The notes under the pieces: generated by a model
The model's input: the letters and a program-made list of their open reading frames with translations, nothing else
Databases searched by the model: none
Told to the model about the DNA's origin: nothing
In this document: positions 25,381 through 40,400 of the stretch, in pieces
How the letters are laid out: each line of letters begins with the position of its first letter
How positions within the stretch are numbered: position 1 is the stretch's first letter
Translations under genes and position numbers: made by a program
Assembly (NCBI GenBank): GCA_964016885.1
Contig: OZ024760.1
Location: forward strand, 33,170,001 to 33,234,000
From: Eledone cirrhosa
Taxonomy: Eukaryota
DNA: 64,000 nt
Direction: 5' to 3'

Positions 25381-28300
25381 CCAGTTAACTGAGGTAACAC
25401 TCCTTATCTCAGCTTGCTACCAATTAACTGAGGTAACACTCTTTATCTCAGCTTTACTACCAGTTAACTGGGGTGCATCCCTTATCTCAGCTTTACTACC
25501 AGTTAACTGAGGTAACACCTCTTATCTCAGCTTTACTCTCAGTTATCTGGGGTACATCCCTTACCTCAGCTTTACTACCAGTTAACTGAGGTAACATCCC
25601 TAATCTCAGCTTTACCACCAGTTAACTGAGGTAACACCCCTTATCTCAGCTTTACTCCCAGTTAACTGGGGTACATTTCCTTACCTCAACTTTACTACTA
25701 GTTAACTTGGGTACATCCCTTACCTCAGCTTTACTACCAGTTAATTGGTGTAAAACTCCTTATCTCAGCTTTACTCCCAGTTAACTGAGGTAACACCCCT
25801 TACCTCAGCTTTACTACCAGTTAACTGAGGTAACACCACTTATCTCAGCTTTACTACCAGTTAACTTGGGTAACACCCCTTACCTCAGCTTTACTACCAG
25901 TTAATTGGTGTAAAACTCCTTATCTCAGCTTTACTCCCAGTTAACTGAGGTAACACCCCTTACCTCAGCTTTACTACCAGTTAACTGAGGTAACACTCCT
26001 TATCTGAGCTTTACTACCAGGTAAGTGAGGTAACACCCCTTACCTCAGCTTTACTACCAGTTAACTGAGGTAACACCCCTTATCTCAGCTTTACTACCAG
26101 TTGACTGGGGTACATCCCTTAACTCAACTTTACTACCAGTTAACTTGGGTACATCCCTTATCTCAGCTTTACTACCAGTGAACTGAGGTAACACTCCTTA
26201 TCTCAGCTTTACTACCAGTTAACTGAGGTAACACCCCTTATCTCAGCTTTACTACCAGTGAACTGAGGTAAAACTTCTTATCTCAGCTTTACTACCAGTT
26301 AACTGAGGTAAAACTCCTTATCTCAGCTTTACTACCAGTTAACTGAGGTAACACTCCTTATCTCAGCTTTACTACCAGTTTATTGAGGTAACACTCCTTA
26401 TCTCAGCTTGCTACCAATTAACTGAGGTAACACTCTTTATCTCAGCTTTACTTCCAGTTAACTGCGGTGCATCCCTTACCTCAACTTTACTACCAGTTAA
26501 CTTGGGTAACACCCCTTATCTCAGCTTTACTCCCAGTTAACTGGGGTACATCCCTTACCTCAACTTTACTACCAGTTAACTTGGGTACATCCCTTATCTC
26601 AGCTTTACTACCAGTTAACTGAGGTAACACCCCTTATCTCAGCTTTACTCCCAGTTAACTGGGGTACATCCCGTATCTCAGCTTTACTACCAGTTAACTG
26701 AGGTAACACCTCTTATCTCAGCTTTACTCCCAGTTATCTGGGGTACATCCCTTATCTCAGCTTTACTACCAGTTAACTGAGGTAACACCCTTTATCTCAG
26801 CTTTACTCCCAGTTAACTGGGGTACATCCCTTATCTCAGCTTTACTACCAGTTAACTGAGGTAACATCCCTAATCTCAGCTTTACTACCAGTTAACTGAG
26901 GTAACACCCCTTATCTCAGCCTTACTTCCAGTTAACTGGGGTACATTTCCTTACCTCAACCTTACTACCAGTTAACTTGGGTACATCCCTTATCTCAGAT
27001 TTACTACCAGTTAACTGAGGTAATACCCCTTACCTCAGCTTTACTACCAGTTAACTAGGGTAACACTCCTTATCTCAGCTTTACTACCAGGTAAGTGAGG
27101 TAACACCCCTTACCTCAGCTTTACTACCAGTTAACTGAGGTAACACCCCTTATCTCAGCTTTACTACCAGTTAACTGAGGTAACACTTCTTATCTCAGCT
27201 TTACTACCAGTGAACTGAGGTAACACCCCTTATCTCAGCTTTACTACCAGTTAACTGAGGTAACACCCCTTATCTCAGCTTTACTACCAGTTAACTGAGG
27301 TAACACCCCTTATCTCAGCTCTACTACCAGTTAACTGAGGTAACACACCTTATCTCAGCTTTACTACCAGTTAACTGAGGTAACACTCCTTATCTCTGCT
27401 TTACTACCATTTAACTAGGGTAACATCCCTTATCTCAGCTTTACTACCAGTTAACTGAGGTAATACCCTTTATCTCAGCTTTACTACCAGTTAACTGAGG
27501 TAACATCCCTTATCTCAGCTTTACTACCAGTTAACTGAGGTAACACCCCTTATCTCAGCTTTACTCCCAGTTAACTGGGGTACATCCCTTACCTCAGCTT
27601 TACTACCAGTTAACTTGGGTACATCCCTTATCTCAGCTTTACTACCAGTTAACTGAGGTAACACCCATTATCTCAGCTTTACTACCAGTTAACTGAGGTA
27701 ACACTCCTTATCTCAGCTTTACTACCAGTTAACTGAGATAACATCCCTTATCTCAGCTTTACTACCAGTTAACTGAGGTAACACCCCTTATCTCAGCTTT
27801 ACTACCAGTTAACTGAGGTAACATCCTTAACTCAGCTTTACTACCAGTTAACTGAGGTAACACCCCTTATCTCAGATTTACTACCAGTTAACTGAGGTAA
27901 CACTCCTTATCTCAGCTTTACTACCAGTTCACTGGGGTAACACCCCTTATCTCAGCTTTACTCCCAGTTAACTGAGGTAACACCCCTTACCTCAGCTTTA
28001 CTACCAGTTAACTGAGGTAACACTCCTTATCTCAGCTTTACTACCAGGTAAGTGAGGTAACACCCCTTACCTCAGCTTTACTACCAGTTAACTGAGGTAA
28101 CACCCCTTATCTCAGCTTTACTACCAGTTAACTGGGGTACATCCCTTACCTCAACTTTACTACCAGTTAACTGAGGTAACATCCCTTATCTCAGCTTTAC
28201 TACCAGTTAACTGGGGTAACATCCCTTATCTCAGCTTTACTACCAGTTAACTTGGGTACATCCCTTATCTCAGCTTTACTACCAGTGAACTGAGGTAACA

Positions 28301-31300
28301 CTCCTTACCTGAGCTTTACTACCAGTTAACTGAGGTAACATCCCTTATCTCAGCTTTACTACCAGTTAACTTGGGTACATCCCTTATCTCAGCTTTACTA
28401 CCAGTGAACTGAGGTAAAACTCCTTATCTCAGCTTTACTGCCAGTTAACTGAGGTAACACTCCTTATCTCAGCTTGCTACCAATTAACTGAGGTAACACT
28501 CTTTATCTCAACTTTACTACCAGTTAACTGAGGTAACACCCCTTATCTCAGCTTTACTCCCACTTAACTGGGGTGCATCCCTTACCTCAACTTTACTACC
28601 AGTTAACTTGGGTAACACCCCTTATCTCAGCTTTACTCCCAGTTAACTGGGGTACATCCCTTATCTCAGCTTTACTACCAGTTAACTGAGGTAACACCTC
28701 TTATCTCAGCTTTACTCCCAGTTATCTGGGGTACATCCCTTATCTCAGCTTTACTACCAGTTAACTGAGGTAACACCCCTTATCTCAGCTTTACTTCCAG
28801 TTAACTGGGGTACATCCCTTATCTCAGCTTTACTACCAGTTAACTGAGGTAACACCTCTTATCTCAGCTTTACTCCCAGTTATCTGGGGTACATCCCTTA
28901 TCACAGCTTTACTACCAGTTAACTGAGGTAACACCCCTTATCTCAGCTTTACTCCCAGTTAACTGGGGTACATCCCTTACCTCAACTTTATTACCAGTTA
29001 ACTTGCGTACATCCCTTATCTCAGCTTTACTACCAGTTAACTGAGGTAACACCCCTTATCTCAGCTTTACTCCCAGTTAACTGGGGTACATCCCTTATCT
29101 CAGCTTTACTACCAGTTAACTGAGGTAACATCCCTAATCTCAGCTTTACTACCAGTTAACTGAGGTAACACCCCTTATCTCAGCTTTACTCCCAGTTAAC
29201 TGGGGTACATTTCCTTACCTCAACCTTACTACCAGTTAAATTGGGTACATCCCTTATCTCAGATTTACTACCAGTTTACTGAGGTAACACCCCTTACCTC
29301 AGTTTACTACCAGTTAACTGGGGTAACACTCCTTATCTCAGCTTTACTACCAGGTAAGTGAGGTAACACCCCTTACCTCAATTTACTCCCAGTTAACTGA
29401 GGTAACACCCCTTATCTCAGCTTTACTACCAGTTAACTGAGGTAACACTTCTTATCTCAGCTTTACTACCAGTGAACTGAGGTAACAACCCTTATCTCAG
29501 CTTTACTACCAGTGAACTGAGGTAACACCCCTTATCTCAGGTTTACTACCAGTTAACTGAGGTAACACACCTTATCTCAGCTTTACTACCAGTTAACTGA
29601 GGTAACACTCCTTATCTCAGCTTTACTACCATTTAACTAGGGTAACATCCCTTATCTCAGCTTTACTACCAGTTAACTGAGGTAACATCCCTTATCTCAG
29701 CTTTACTACCAGTTAACTGAGGTAACACCCCTTATCTCAGCTTTACTCCCAGTTAACTGGGGTATATCCCTTACCTCAGCTTTACTACCAGTTAACTTAG
29801 GTAACACTCCTTATCTCAGCTATACTACCAGTTAACCGAGGTAACATCGCTTATCTCAGCTTTACTACCAGTTAATTGAGGTAACATCCTTAACTCAGCT
29901 TTACTACCAGTTAACTGAGGTAACACCCCTTATCTCAGATTTACTACCAGTTAACTGAGGTAAACTCCTTATCTCAGCTTTACTACAAGTTAACTGAGGT
30001 AACACCCCTTATCTCAGCTTTACTACCAGTTAACTGAGGTAACACCCCTTATCTCAGCTTTACTACCAGTTAACTGAGGTAACATACTTACCTCAACTTT
30101 ACTACCAGTTAACTGAGGTAACACCCCTTACCTCAGCTTTACTACCAGTTAACTGAGGTAACATCCCTTTTCTCAACTTTACCACCAGTTAACTGAGGTA
30201 ACATCCCTTACCCCAGCTTTACTACCAGTTAACTGGGGTACATCCGTTATCTCAGCTTTAATACCAGTTAACTGAGGTAACATCCCTTATCTCAGCTTTA
30301 CTACCAGTTAACTGAGGTAACATCCCTTATCTCAGCTTTGCTACCAGTTAACTGAGGTAACCCTCCTTATCTCAGCTTTGCTACCAATGAACTGAGGTAA
30401 CACTCCTTACCTGAGCTTTACTACCAGTTAACTGAGGTAACATACCTTATCTCAGCTTTACTACCAGTTAACTGTGGTATCACCCCTTATCTCAGCTTTA
30501 CTACCAGTGAACTGGGCTAACACCCCTTATCTCAGCTTTACTACCAGTTAATTGAGGTAACATCCCTTATCTCAGCTTTACTCCCAGTTATCTGGGGTAC
30601 ATCCCTTACCTCATCTTTACTACCAGTTAACTGAGGTAACATCCCTTATCTCAGCTTTAGTACCAGTTAACTGAGGTAACACCCCTTATCTCAGCTTTAC
30701 TCCCAGTTAACTGGGGTACATCCCTTACCTCAACTTTACTACCAGTTAACTTGGGTACATCCCTTATCTCAGCTTTGCTACCAGTGAACTGAGGTAACAC
30801 TCCTTACTTGAGCGTTACTACCAGTTAACTGAGGTAACATCCCTTATCTCAGCTTTACTACCAGTTAACTGGGGTACATCCCTTATCTCAGCTTTACTAC
30901 CAGTTAACTGAGGTAACACTCTTTATCTCAGCTTTACTACCAGTTAACTGAGGTAACACTCCTTATCTCAGCTTTACTACCAGTTAACTGAGGTAACACC
31001 CCTTATCTCAGCTTTACTACCAGTTAAGTGGGGTAACATCCTTTATCTCAGCTTTACTACCAGTTAACTGAGGTAACACCCCTTATCTCAGCTTTACTAC
31101 CAGTTAACTGAGGTAACACTCCTTATCTCAGCTTTACTACCAGTTAACTGAGGTAACACCCCTTACCTCACTTTACTACCAGTTAACTGAGGTAACACCC
31201 CTTATCTCAGCCTTACTACCAGTTAACTGAGGTAACATCCCTTATCTCAGCTTTACTACCAGTTAACTGAGGTAACACCCCTTACCTCACTTTACTACCA

Positions 31301-34300
31301 GTTAACTGAGGTAACACCCCTTATCTCAGCCTTACTACCAGTTAACTGAGGTAACATCCCTTATCTCAGCTTTACTATCAGTTAACTGAGGTAACACTCC
31401 TTATCTCAGCTTTACTACCAGTTAACTGAGGTAACACCCCTTACCTCACTTTACTACCAGTTAACTGAGGTAACACCCCTTATCTCAGCCTTACTACCAG
31501 TTAACTGAGGTAACATCCCTTATCTCAGCTTTACTACAGTTAACTGAGGTAACACCCCTTATCTCAGCTTTTCTACCAGTTAACTGAGGTAACACTCCTT
31601 ATCTCAGCTTTACTACCAGTTAACTGAGGTAACACCCCTTACCTCACTTTACTACCAGTTAACTGAGGTAACACCCCTTATCTCAGCCTTACTACCAGTT
31701 AACTGAGGTAACATCCCTTATTTCAGCTTTACAACCAGTTAACTGAGGTAACACTCCTTATCTCAGCTTTACTACCAGTTAACTGAGGCAACATCCCTTA
31801 TCTCAGCTTTACTACCAGTTAACTGAGGTAACATCCCTTACCTAAACTTTAATACCAGTTAACTTGGGTACATCCCTTATCTCAGCTTTACTACAAGTTA
31901 ACTTAGGTAACACCACTTATCTCAGCTTTACTACCAGTTAACTGAGCTAACACCCCGTATCTCAGCTTTACTACCAGGTAAGTGAGGTAACACCCCTTAC
32001 CTCAGCTTTACTACCAGGTAACTGAGGTAACACTCCTTATCTCAGCTTTACTACCAGTTAACTGAGGTAACACTCCTTATCTCAGCTTTACTACCATTTA
32101 ACTGAGGTAACACTCCTTATCTCAGCTTTACTACCAGTTAACTGAGGTAACACTGCTTATCTCAGCTTTACTACCAGTTAACTGAGGTAACATACTTACC
32201 TCAACTTTACTACCAGGTAAGTGAGGTAACACCCCTTACCTCAGCTTTACTACCAGTTAACTGAGGTAACACCCCTTACCTCAGCATTACTACCAGTTAA
32301 CTGAGGTAACACCCCTTACCTCAGCTTTACTACCAGTTAACTGAGGTAACACCCCGTATCTCAGATTTACTACCAGTTAACTGAGGTAACACACCTTATC
32401 TCAGCTTTACTACCAGTTAACTGAGGTAGCACCCCTTATCTCAGCTTTACTACCATTTAACTGGGGTAACATCCCTTATCTCAGCCTTACTCCCAGTTAA
32501 CTGAGGTAACATCTCTTACCTCAGCTTTACTATCAGTTAACTGAGGTAACACCCCTTATCTCAGCTTTACTACCAGTTAACTGAGGTAACACCCCTTATC
32601 TCAGCTTTACTACCAGTTAACTGAGGTAGCACCCCTTATCTCAGCTTTACTACCATTTAACTGGGGTAACATCCCTTATCTCAGCCTTACTCCCAGTTAA
32701 TTGAGGTAACACTCCTTATCTCAGCCTTACTCCCAGTTAACTGAGGTAACATCTCTTACCTCAGCTTTACTACCAGTGAACAGAGGTAACACCCCTTATC
32801 TCAACTTTACTACCAGTGAACTGAGGTAACACCCCTTATCTCAACTTTACTACCACTTAACTGAGGTAACACCCCTTATCTCAGCTTTACTACCAGTGAA
32901 CTGAGGTAACATCCCTTATCCCAGCTTTACTACCAGTTAACTGAGGTAACACCCCTTATCTCAGCTTTACTACCAGTTAACTGAGGTAACACTCCTTATC
33001 TCAGCTTTACTACCAGTTAACTGAGGTAACACTCCTTATCTCAACTTTACTACCAGTGAATTGAGGTAACACCCCTTATCTCAACTTTACTACCAGTGAA
33101 CTGAGGTAACATCCCTTATATCAGCTTTACTACCAGTGAACTGAGGTAACACCCCTTATCTCAACTTTACTACCAGTTAACTGAGGTAACATCCCTTATC
33201 TCAGCTTTACTACCAGTGAACTGAGGTAACACCCCTTATCTCAGCTTTACTACCAGTGAACTGAGGTAACACCCCTTATCTCAGCTTTACTACCAGTTAA
33301 CTGAGGTAACACTCCTTATCTCAGCTTTACTACCAGTTAACTGAGGTAACACTCCTTATCTCAGCTTTACTACCAGTTAACTGAGGTAACACCCCTTATC
33401 TCAGCTTTACTACCAGTGAACTGAGGTAACACCCCTTATCTCAGCTTTACTACCAGTTAACTGAGGTAACACTCCTTATCTCAGCTTTACTACCAGTTAA
33501 GTGAGGTAACACTCTTTATCTCAGCTTTACTACCAGTGAACTGAGGTAACACCCCTTATCTCAACTTTACTACCAGTTAACTGAGGTAACATCCCTTATC
33601 TCAGCTTTACTACCAGTTAACTGAGGTAACATCCCTTATCTCAGCTTTACTACCAGTTAACTGAGGTAACACTCCTTATCTCAGCTTTACTACCAGTTAA
33701 CTGAGGTAACACCCCTTATCTCAGCTTTACTACCAGTTAACTGGGGTAACATCCCTTATCTCAGCTTTACTACCAGTGAACTGAGGTAACACCCCTTATC
33801 TCAGCTTTACTACCAGTTAACTGAGGTAACACTCCTTATCTCAGCTTTAATACCAGTTAACTGAGGTAACACTCCTTATCTCAGCTTTACTACCAGTTAA
33901 CTGAGGTAACACCCCTTATCTCAGCTTTACTACCAGTGAACTGAGGTAACACCCCTTATCTCAGCTTTACTACCAGTGAACTGAGGTAACACCCCTTATC
34001 TCAGCTTTACTACCAGTTAACTGAGGTAACACCCCTTATCTCAGCTTTACTACCAGTTAACTGAGGTAACACTCCTTATCTCAGCTTTACTACCAGTTAA
34101 CTGAGGTAACACTCTTTATCTCAGCTTTACTACCAGTGAACTGAGGTAACACCCCTTATCTCAGCTTTAATACCAGTTAACTGAGGTAACACCCCTTATC
34201 TCAGCTTTACTACCAGTGAACTGAGGTAACACTCCTTATCTCAGCTTTACTACCAGTTAACTGAGGTAACACTCTTTATCTCAGCTTTACTACCAGTGAA

Positions 34301-34399
34301 CTGAGGTAACACCCCTTATCTCAACTTTACTACCAGTTAACTGAGGTAACATCCCTTATCTCAGCTTTACTACCAGTTAACTGAGGTAACATCCCTTAT

Positions 34400-37170
34400 C
34401 TCAGCTTTACTACCAGTTAACTGAGGTAACACTCCTTATCTCAGCTTTACTACCAGTTAACTGAGGTAACACCCCTTATCTCAGCTTTACTACCAGTTAA
34501 CTGGGGTAACATCCCTTATCTCAGCTTTACTACCAGTGAACTGAGGTAACACCCCTTATCTCAGCTTTACTACCAGTTAACTGAGGTAACACTCCTTATC
34601 TCAGCTTTACTACCAGTGAACTGAGGTAACACCCCTTATCTCAACTTTACTACCAGTGAACTGAGGTAACATCCCTTATCTCAGCTTTACTACCAGTGAA
34701 CTGAGGTAACACCCCTTATCTCAACTTTACTACCAGTTAACTGAGGTAACACCCCTTATCTCAGCTTTACTACCAGTTAATTGAGGTAACATCCCTTATC
34801 CCAGCTTTACTACCAGTTAACTGAGGTAACACCCCTTATCTCAGCTTTACTACCAGTTAACTGAGGTAACACCCCCTTATCTCAGCTTTACTACCAGTTA
34901 ACTGAGGTAACACTCCTTATCTCAGCTTTACTACCAGTTAATTGAGGTAACACTCCTTATCTCAGCTTTACTACCAGTGAACTGAGGTAACACCCCTTAT
35001 CTCAGCTTTACTACCAGTTAATGAGGTAACACTCCTTATCTCAACTTTACTACCAGTTAATGAGGTAACACTCCTTATCTCAGCTTTACTACCAGTTAAC
35101 TGGGGTAACACTCCTTATCTCAGCTTTACTACCAGTTAACAGAGGTATCACCCCTTATCTCAGCTTTAATACCAGTTAACTGAGGTAACACTCCTTATCT
35201 CAGCTTTACTACCAGTGAACTGAGGTAACACCCCTTATCTCAACTTTACTACCAGTGAACTGAGGTAACATCCCTTATCTCAGCTTTACTACCAGTGAAC
35301 TGAGGTAACACCCCTTATCTCAACTTTACTACCAGTTAACTGAGGTAACACCCCTTATCTCAGCTTTACTACCAGTTAATTGAGGTAACACTCCTTATCT
35401 CAGCTTTACTACCAGTGAACTGAGGTAACACCCTTTATCTCAGCTTTACTACCAGTGAACTGAGGTAACACCCCTTATCTCAGCTTTACTACCAGTTAAT
35501 GAGGTAACACCCCTTATCTCAGCTTTAATACCAGTTAACTGAGGTAACACCCCTTATCTCAGCTTTACTACCAGTGAACTGAGGTAACACACCTTATCTC
35601 AGCTTTACTACCAGTTAACTGAGGTAACACCCCTTATCTCAGCTTTACTACCAGTGAACTGAGGTAACACACCTTATCTCAGCTTTACTAACAGTTAACT
35701 GAGGTAACATCCCTTATATCAGAATTACTACCAGTTAACAGAGGTATCACCCCTTATCTCAGCTTTACTACCAGTTAACTGAGGTAACACTCCTTATCTC
35801 AGCTTTACTACCAGTTAACTGAGGTAACACCCCTTATCTCAGCTTTACTACCAGTTAACTGGGGTAACATCCCTTATCTCAGCTTTACTACCAGTGAACT
35901 GAGGTAACACCCCTTATCTCAGCTTTACTACCAGTTAACTGAGGTAACACTCCTTATCTCAGCTTTACTACCAGTGAACTGAGGTAACACCCCTTATCTC
36001 AACTTTACTACCAGTGAACTGAGGTAACATCCCTTATCTCAGCTTTACTACCAGTGAACTGAGGTAACACCCCTTATCTCAACTTTACTACTAGTTAACT
36101 GAGGTAACACCCCTTATCTCAGCTTTACTACCAGTTAATTGAGGTAACATCCCTTATCCCAGCTTTACTACGAGTTAACTGAGGTAACACCCCTTATCTC
36201 AGCTTTACTACCAGTTAACTGAGGTAACACCCCTTATCTCAGCTTTACTACCAGTTAACTGAGGTAACACTCCTTATCTCAGCTTTACTACCAGTTAATT
36301 GAGGTAACACTCCTTATCTCAGCTTTACTACCAGTGAACTGAGGTAACACCCCTTATCTCAGCTTTACTACCAGTTAATGAGGTAACACTCCTTATCTCA
36401 ACTTTACTACCAGTTAATGAGGTAACACTCCTTATCTCAGCTTTACTACCAGTTAACTGGGGTAACACTCCTTATCTCAGCTTTACTACCAGTTAACTGA
36501 GGTATCACCCCTTATCTCAGCTTTACTACCAGTTAACTGAGGTAACACTCCTTATCTCAGCTTTACTACCAGTGAACTGAGGTAACACCCCTTATCTCAA
36601 CTTTACTACCAGTGAACTGAGGTAACATCCCTTATCTCAGCTTTACTACCAGTGAACTGAGGTAACACCCCTTATCTCAACTTTACTACCAGTTAACTGA
36701 GGTAACACCCCTTATCTCAGCTTTACTACCAGTTAATTGAGGTAACACTCCTTATCTCAGCTTTACTACCAGTGAACTGAGGTAACACCCCTTATCTCAG
36801 CTTTACTACCAGTGAACTGAGGTAACACCCCTTATCTCAGCTTTACTACCAGTTAATGAGGTAACACCCCTTATCTCAGCTTTAATACCAGTTAACTGAG
36901 GTAACACCCCTTATCTCAGCTTTACTACCAGTGAACTGAGGTAACACACCTTATCTCAGCTTTACTACCAGTTAACTGAGGTAACACCCCTTATCTCAGC
37001 TTTACTACCAGTGAACTGAGGTAACACACCTTATCTCAGCTTTACTAACAGTTAACTGAGGTAACATCCCTTATATCAGAATTACTACCAGTTAACAGAG
37101 GTATCACCCCTTATCTCAGCTTTACTACCAGTTAACTGAGGTAACACTCCTTATCTCAGCTTTACTACCA
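34400..37170 (+). repeat. Tandem duplication, ~1357-bp unit (34 monomers), 2 copies
   Basis: AGAATT marker (TATATCAGAATTAC) at 35721/37078; TTATCCCAG and a double GTTAATGAGG in both copies. Confidence 0.85.
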
Positions 37171-37449
37171 GTTAATTGAGATAACACTCCTTATCTCAGC
37201 TTTACTACCAGTGAACTGAGGTAACACCCCTTATCTCAGCTTTACTACCAGTGAACTGAGGTAACACCCCTTATCTCAGCTTTACTACCAGTTAATGAGG
37301 TAACACTCCTTATCTCAGCTTTACTACCAGTTAACTGGGGTAACACTCCTTATCTCAGCTTTACTACCAGTTAACAGAGGTATCACCCCTTATCTCAGCT
37401 TTACTACCAGTTAACTGAGGTAACACTCCTTATCTCAGCTTTACTACCA

Positions 37450-40400
37450 GTTAACTGAGGTAACACCCCTTATCTCAGCTTTACTACCAGTTAATTGGGG
37501 TAACATCCCTTATCTCAGCTTTACTACCAGTGAACTGAGGTAACACCCCTTATCTCAGCTTTACTACCAGTTAACTGAGGTAACACTCCTTATCTCAACT
37601 TTACTACCAGTGAACTGAGGTAACACCCCTTATCTCAACTTTTCTACCAGTGAACTGAGGTAACATCCCTTATCTCAGCTTTACTACCAGTGAACTGAGG
37701 TAACACCCCTTATCTCAACTTTACTACCAGTTAACTGAGGTAACACCCCATATCTCAGCTTTACTACCAGTTAACTGAGGTAACACTCCTTATCTCAGCT
37801 TTACTACCAGTTAACTGAGGTAACACCCCTTACCTCAGCATTACTACCAGTTAACTGAGGTAACACTCCTTATCTCAGCTTTACTACCAGTGAACTGAGG
37901 TAACACCCCTTATCTCAGCTTTACTACCAGTTAATGAGGTAACACTCCTTATCTCAACTTTACTACCAGTGAACTGAGGTAACACCCCTTATCTCAACTT
38001 TACTACCAGTTAACTGAGGTAACACTCCTTATCTCAGCTTTACTACCAGTTAACTGAGGTAACACTCCTTATCTCAGCTTTACTACCAGTTAACTGAGGT
38101 AACACCCCTTACCTCAGCATTACTACCAGTTAACTGAGGTAACACCCCTTACCTCAGCTTTACTACCAGTTAACTGAGGTAACACCCCTTACCTCAGCGT
38201 TACTACCAGTTAACTGAGGTAACCCTCCTTATCTCAGCTTTACTACCAGTTAACTGAGGTAACCCTCCTTATCTCAGCTTTACTACCAGTGAACTGAGGT
38301 AACACCCCTTATCTCAGCTTTACTACCAGTGAACTGAGGTAACATCCCTTATCTCAGCTTTACTACCAGTGAACTGAGGTAACACCCCTTATCTCAGATT
38401 TACTACCAGTTAACTGAGGTAACATCCCTTATCTCAGCTTTACTACCAGTTAACTGAGGTATCAGCCCTTATCTCAACTTTACTACCAGTTAACTGAGGT
38501 AACACTCCTTATCTCAGCTTTACTACCAGTTAACTGAGGTAACACTCCTTATCTCAGCTTTAATACCAGTTAACTGAGGTAACACCCCTTATATCAGCTT
38601 TAATACCAGTTAACTGAGGTAACAGCCCTTATCTCAGCTTTAATACCAGTTAACTGAGGTAACACCCCTTATCTCAGCTTTACTACCAGTTAACTGAGGT
38701 AACACCCCTTATCTCAGCTTTACTACCAGTTAACTGAGGTAACACCCCTTATCTCAGCTTTAATACCAGTTAACTGAGGTAACACTCCTTATCTCAGCTT
38801 TACTACCAGTTAATGAGGTAACACTCCTTATCTCAACTTTACTACCAGTGAACTGAGGTAACACCCCTTATCTCAACTTTACTACCAGTTAACTGAGGTA
38901 ACACCCCTTATCTCAGCTTTACTACCAGTTAATTGAGGTAACACTCCTTATCTCAGCTTTACTACCAGTGAACTGAGGTAACACCCCTTATCTCAGCTTT
39001 ACTACCAGTTAACTGGGGTAACATCCCTTATCTCAGCTTTACTACCAGTGAACTGAGGTAACACCCCTTATCTCAGCTTTACTACCAGTTAACTGAGGTA
39101 ACACTCCTTATCTCAACTTTACTACCAGTGAACTGAGGTAACACCCCTTATCTCAACTTTACTACCAGTGAACTGAGGTAACATCCCTTATCTCAGCTTT
39201 ACTACCAGTGAACTGAGGTAACACCCCTTATCTCAACTTTACTACCAGTTAACTGAGGTAACACCCCTTATCTCAGCTTTACTACCAGTTAACTGAGGTA
39301 ACACTCCTTATCTCAGCTTTACTACCAGTTAATTGAGGTAACACTCCTTATCTCAGCTTTACTACCAGTGAACTGAGGTAACACCCCTTATCTCAGCTTT
39401 ACTACCAGTTAATGAGGTAACACTCCTTATCTCAACTTTACTACCAGTGAACTGAGGTAACACCCCTTATCTCAACTTTACTACCAGTTAACTGAGGTAA
39501 CACTCCTTATCTCAGCTTTACTACCAGTTAACTGAGGTAACACTCCTTATCTCAGCTTTACTACCAGTTAACTGAGGTAACACCCCTTACCTCAGCATTA
39601 CTACCAGTTAACTGAGGTAACACCCCTTACCTCAGCTTTACTACCAGTTAACTGAGGTAACACCCCTTACCTCAGCGTTACTACCAGTTAACTGAGGTAA
39701 CCCTCCTTATCTCAGCTTTACTACCAGTTAACTGAGGTAACCCTCCTTATCTCAGCTTTACTACCAGTGAACTGAGGTAACACCCCTTATCTCAGCTTTA
39801 CTACCAGTGAACTGAGGTAACATCCCTTATCTCAGCTTTACTACCAGTGAACTGAGGTAACACCCCTTATCTCAGATTTACTACCAGTTAACTGAGGTAA
39901 CATCCCTTATCTCAGCTTTACTACCAGTTAACTGAGGTATCACCCCTTATCTCAACTTTACTACCAGTTAACTGAGGTAACACTCCTTATCTCAGCTTTA
40001 CTACCAGTTAACTGAGGTAACACTCCTTATCTCAGCTTTAATACCAGTTAACTGAGGTAACACCCCTTATATCAGCTTTAATACCAGTTAACTGAGGTAA
40101 CACCCCTTATCTCAGCTTTAATACCAGTTAACTGAGGTAACACCCCTTATCTCAGCTTTACTACCAGTTAACTGAGGTAACACCCCTTATCTCAGCTTTA
40201 ATACCAGTTAACTGAGGTAACACTCCTTATCTCAGCTTTACTACCAGTTAATGAGGTAACACTCCTTATCTCAACTTTACTACCAGTGAACTGAGGTAAC
40301 ACCCCTTATCTCAACTTTACTACCAGTTAACTGAGGTAACACCCCTTATCTCAGCTTTACTACCAGTTAATTGAGGTAACACTCCTTATCTCAGCTTTAC

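Larger units (their letters stand above)
1..32222 (+). repeat. Left sub-family domain A: 40-mers mixed with 39-bp CTGGGGTACATCCC/CTTGGGTACATCCC monomers and CAGGTAAGT variants
   Basis: GGTACATCCC is frequent from position 14 and last seen near 31867. CAGGTAAGT is last seen at 32214. Neither was seen further right. Confidence 0.9.
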
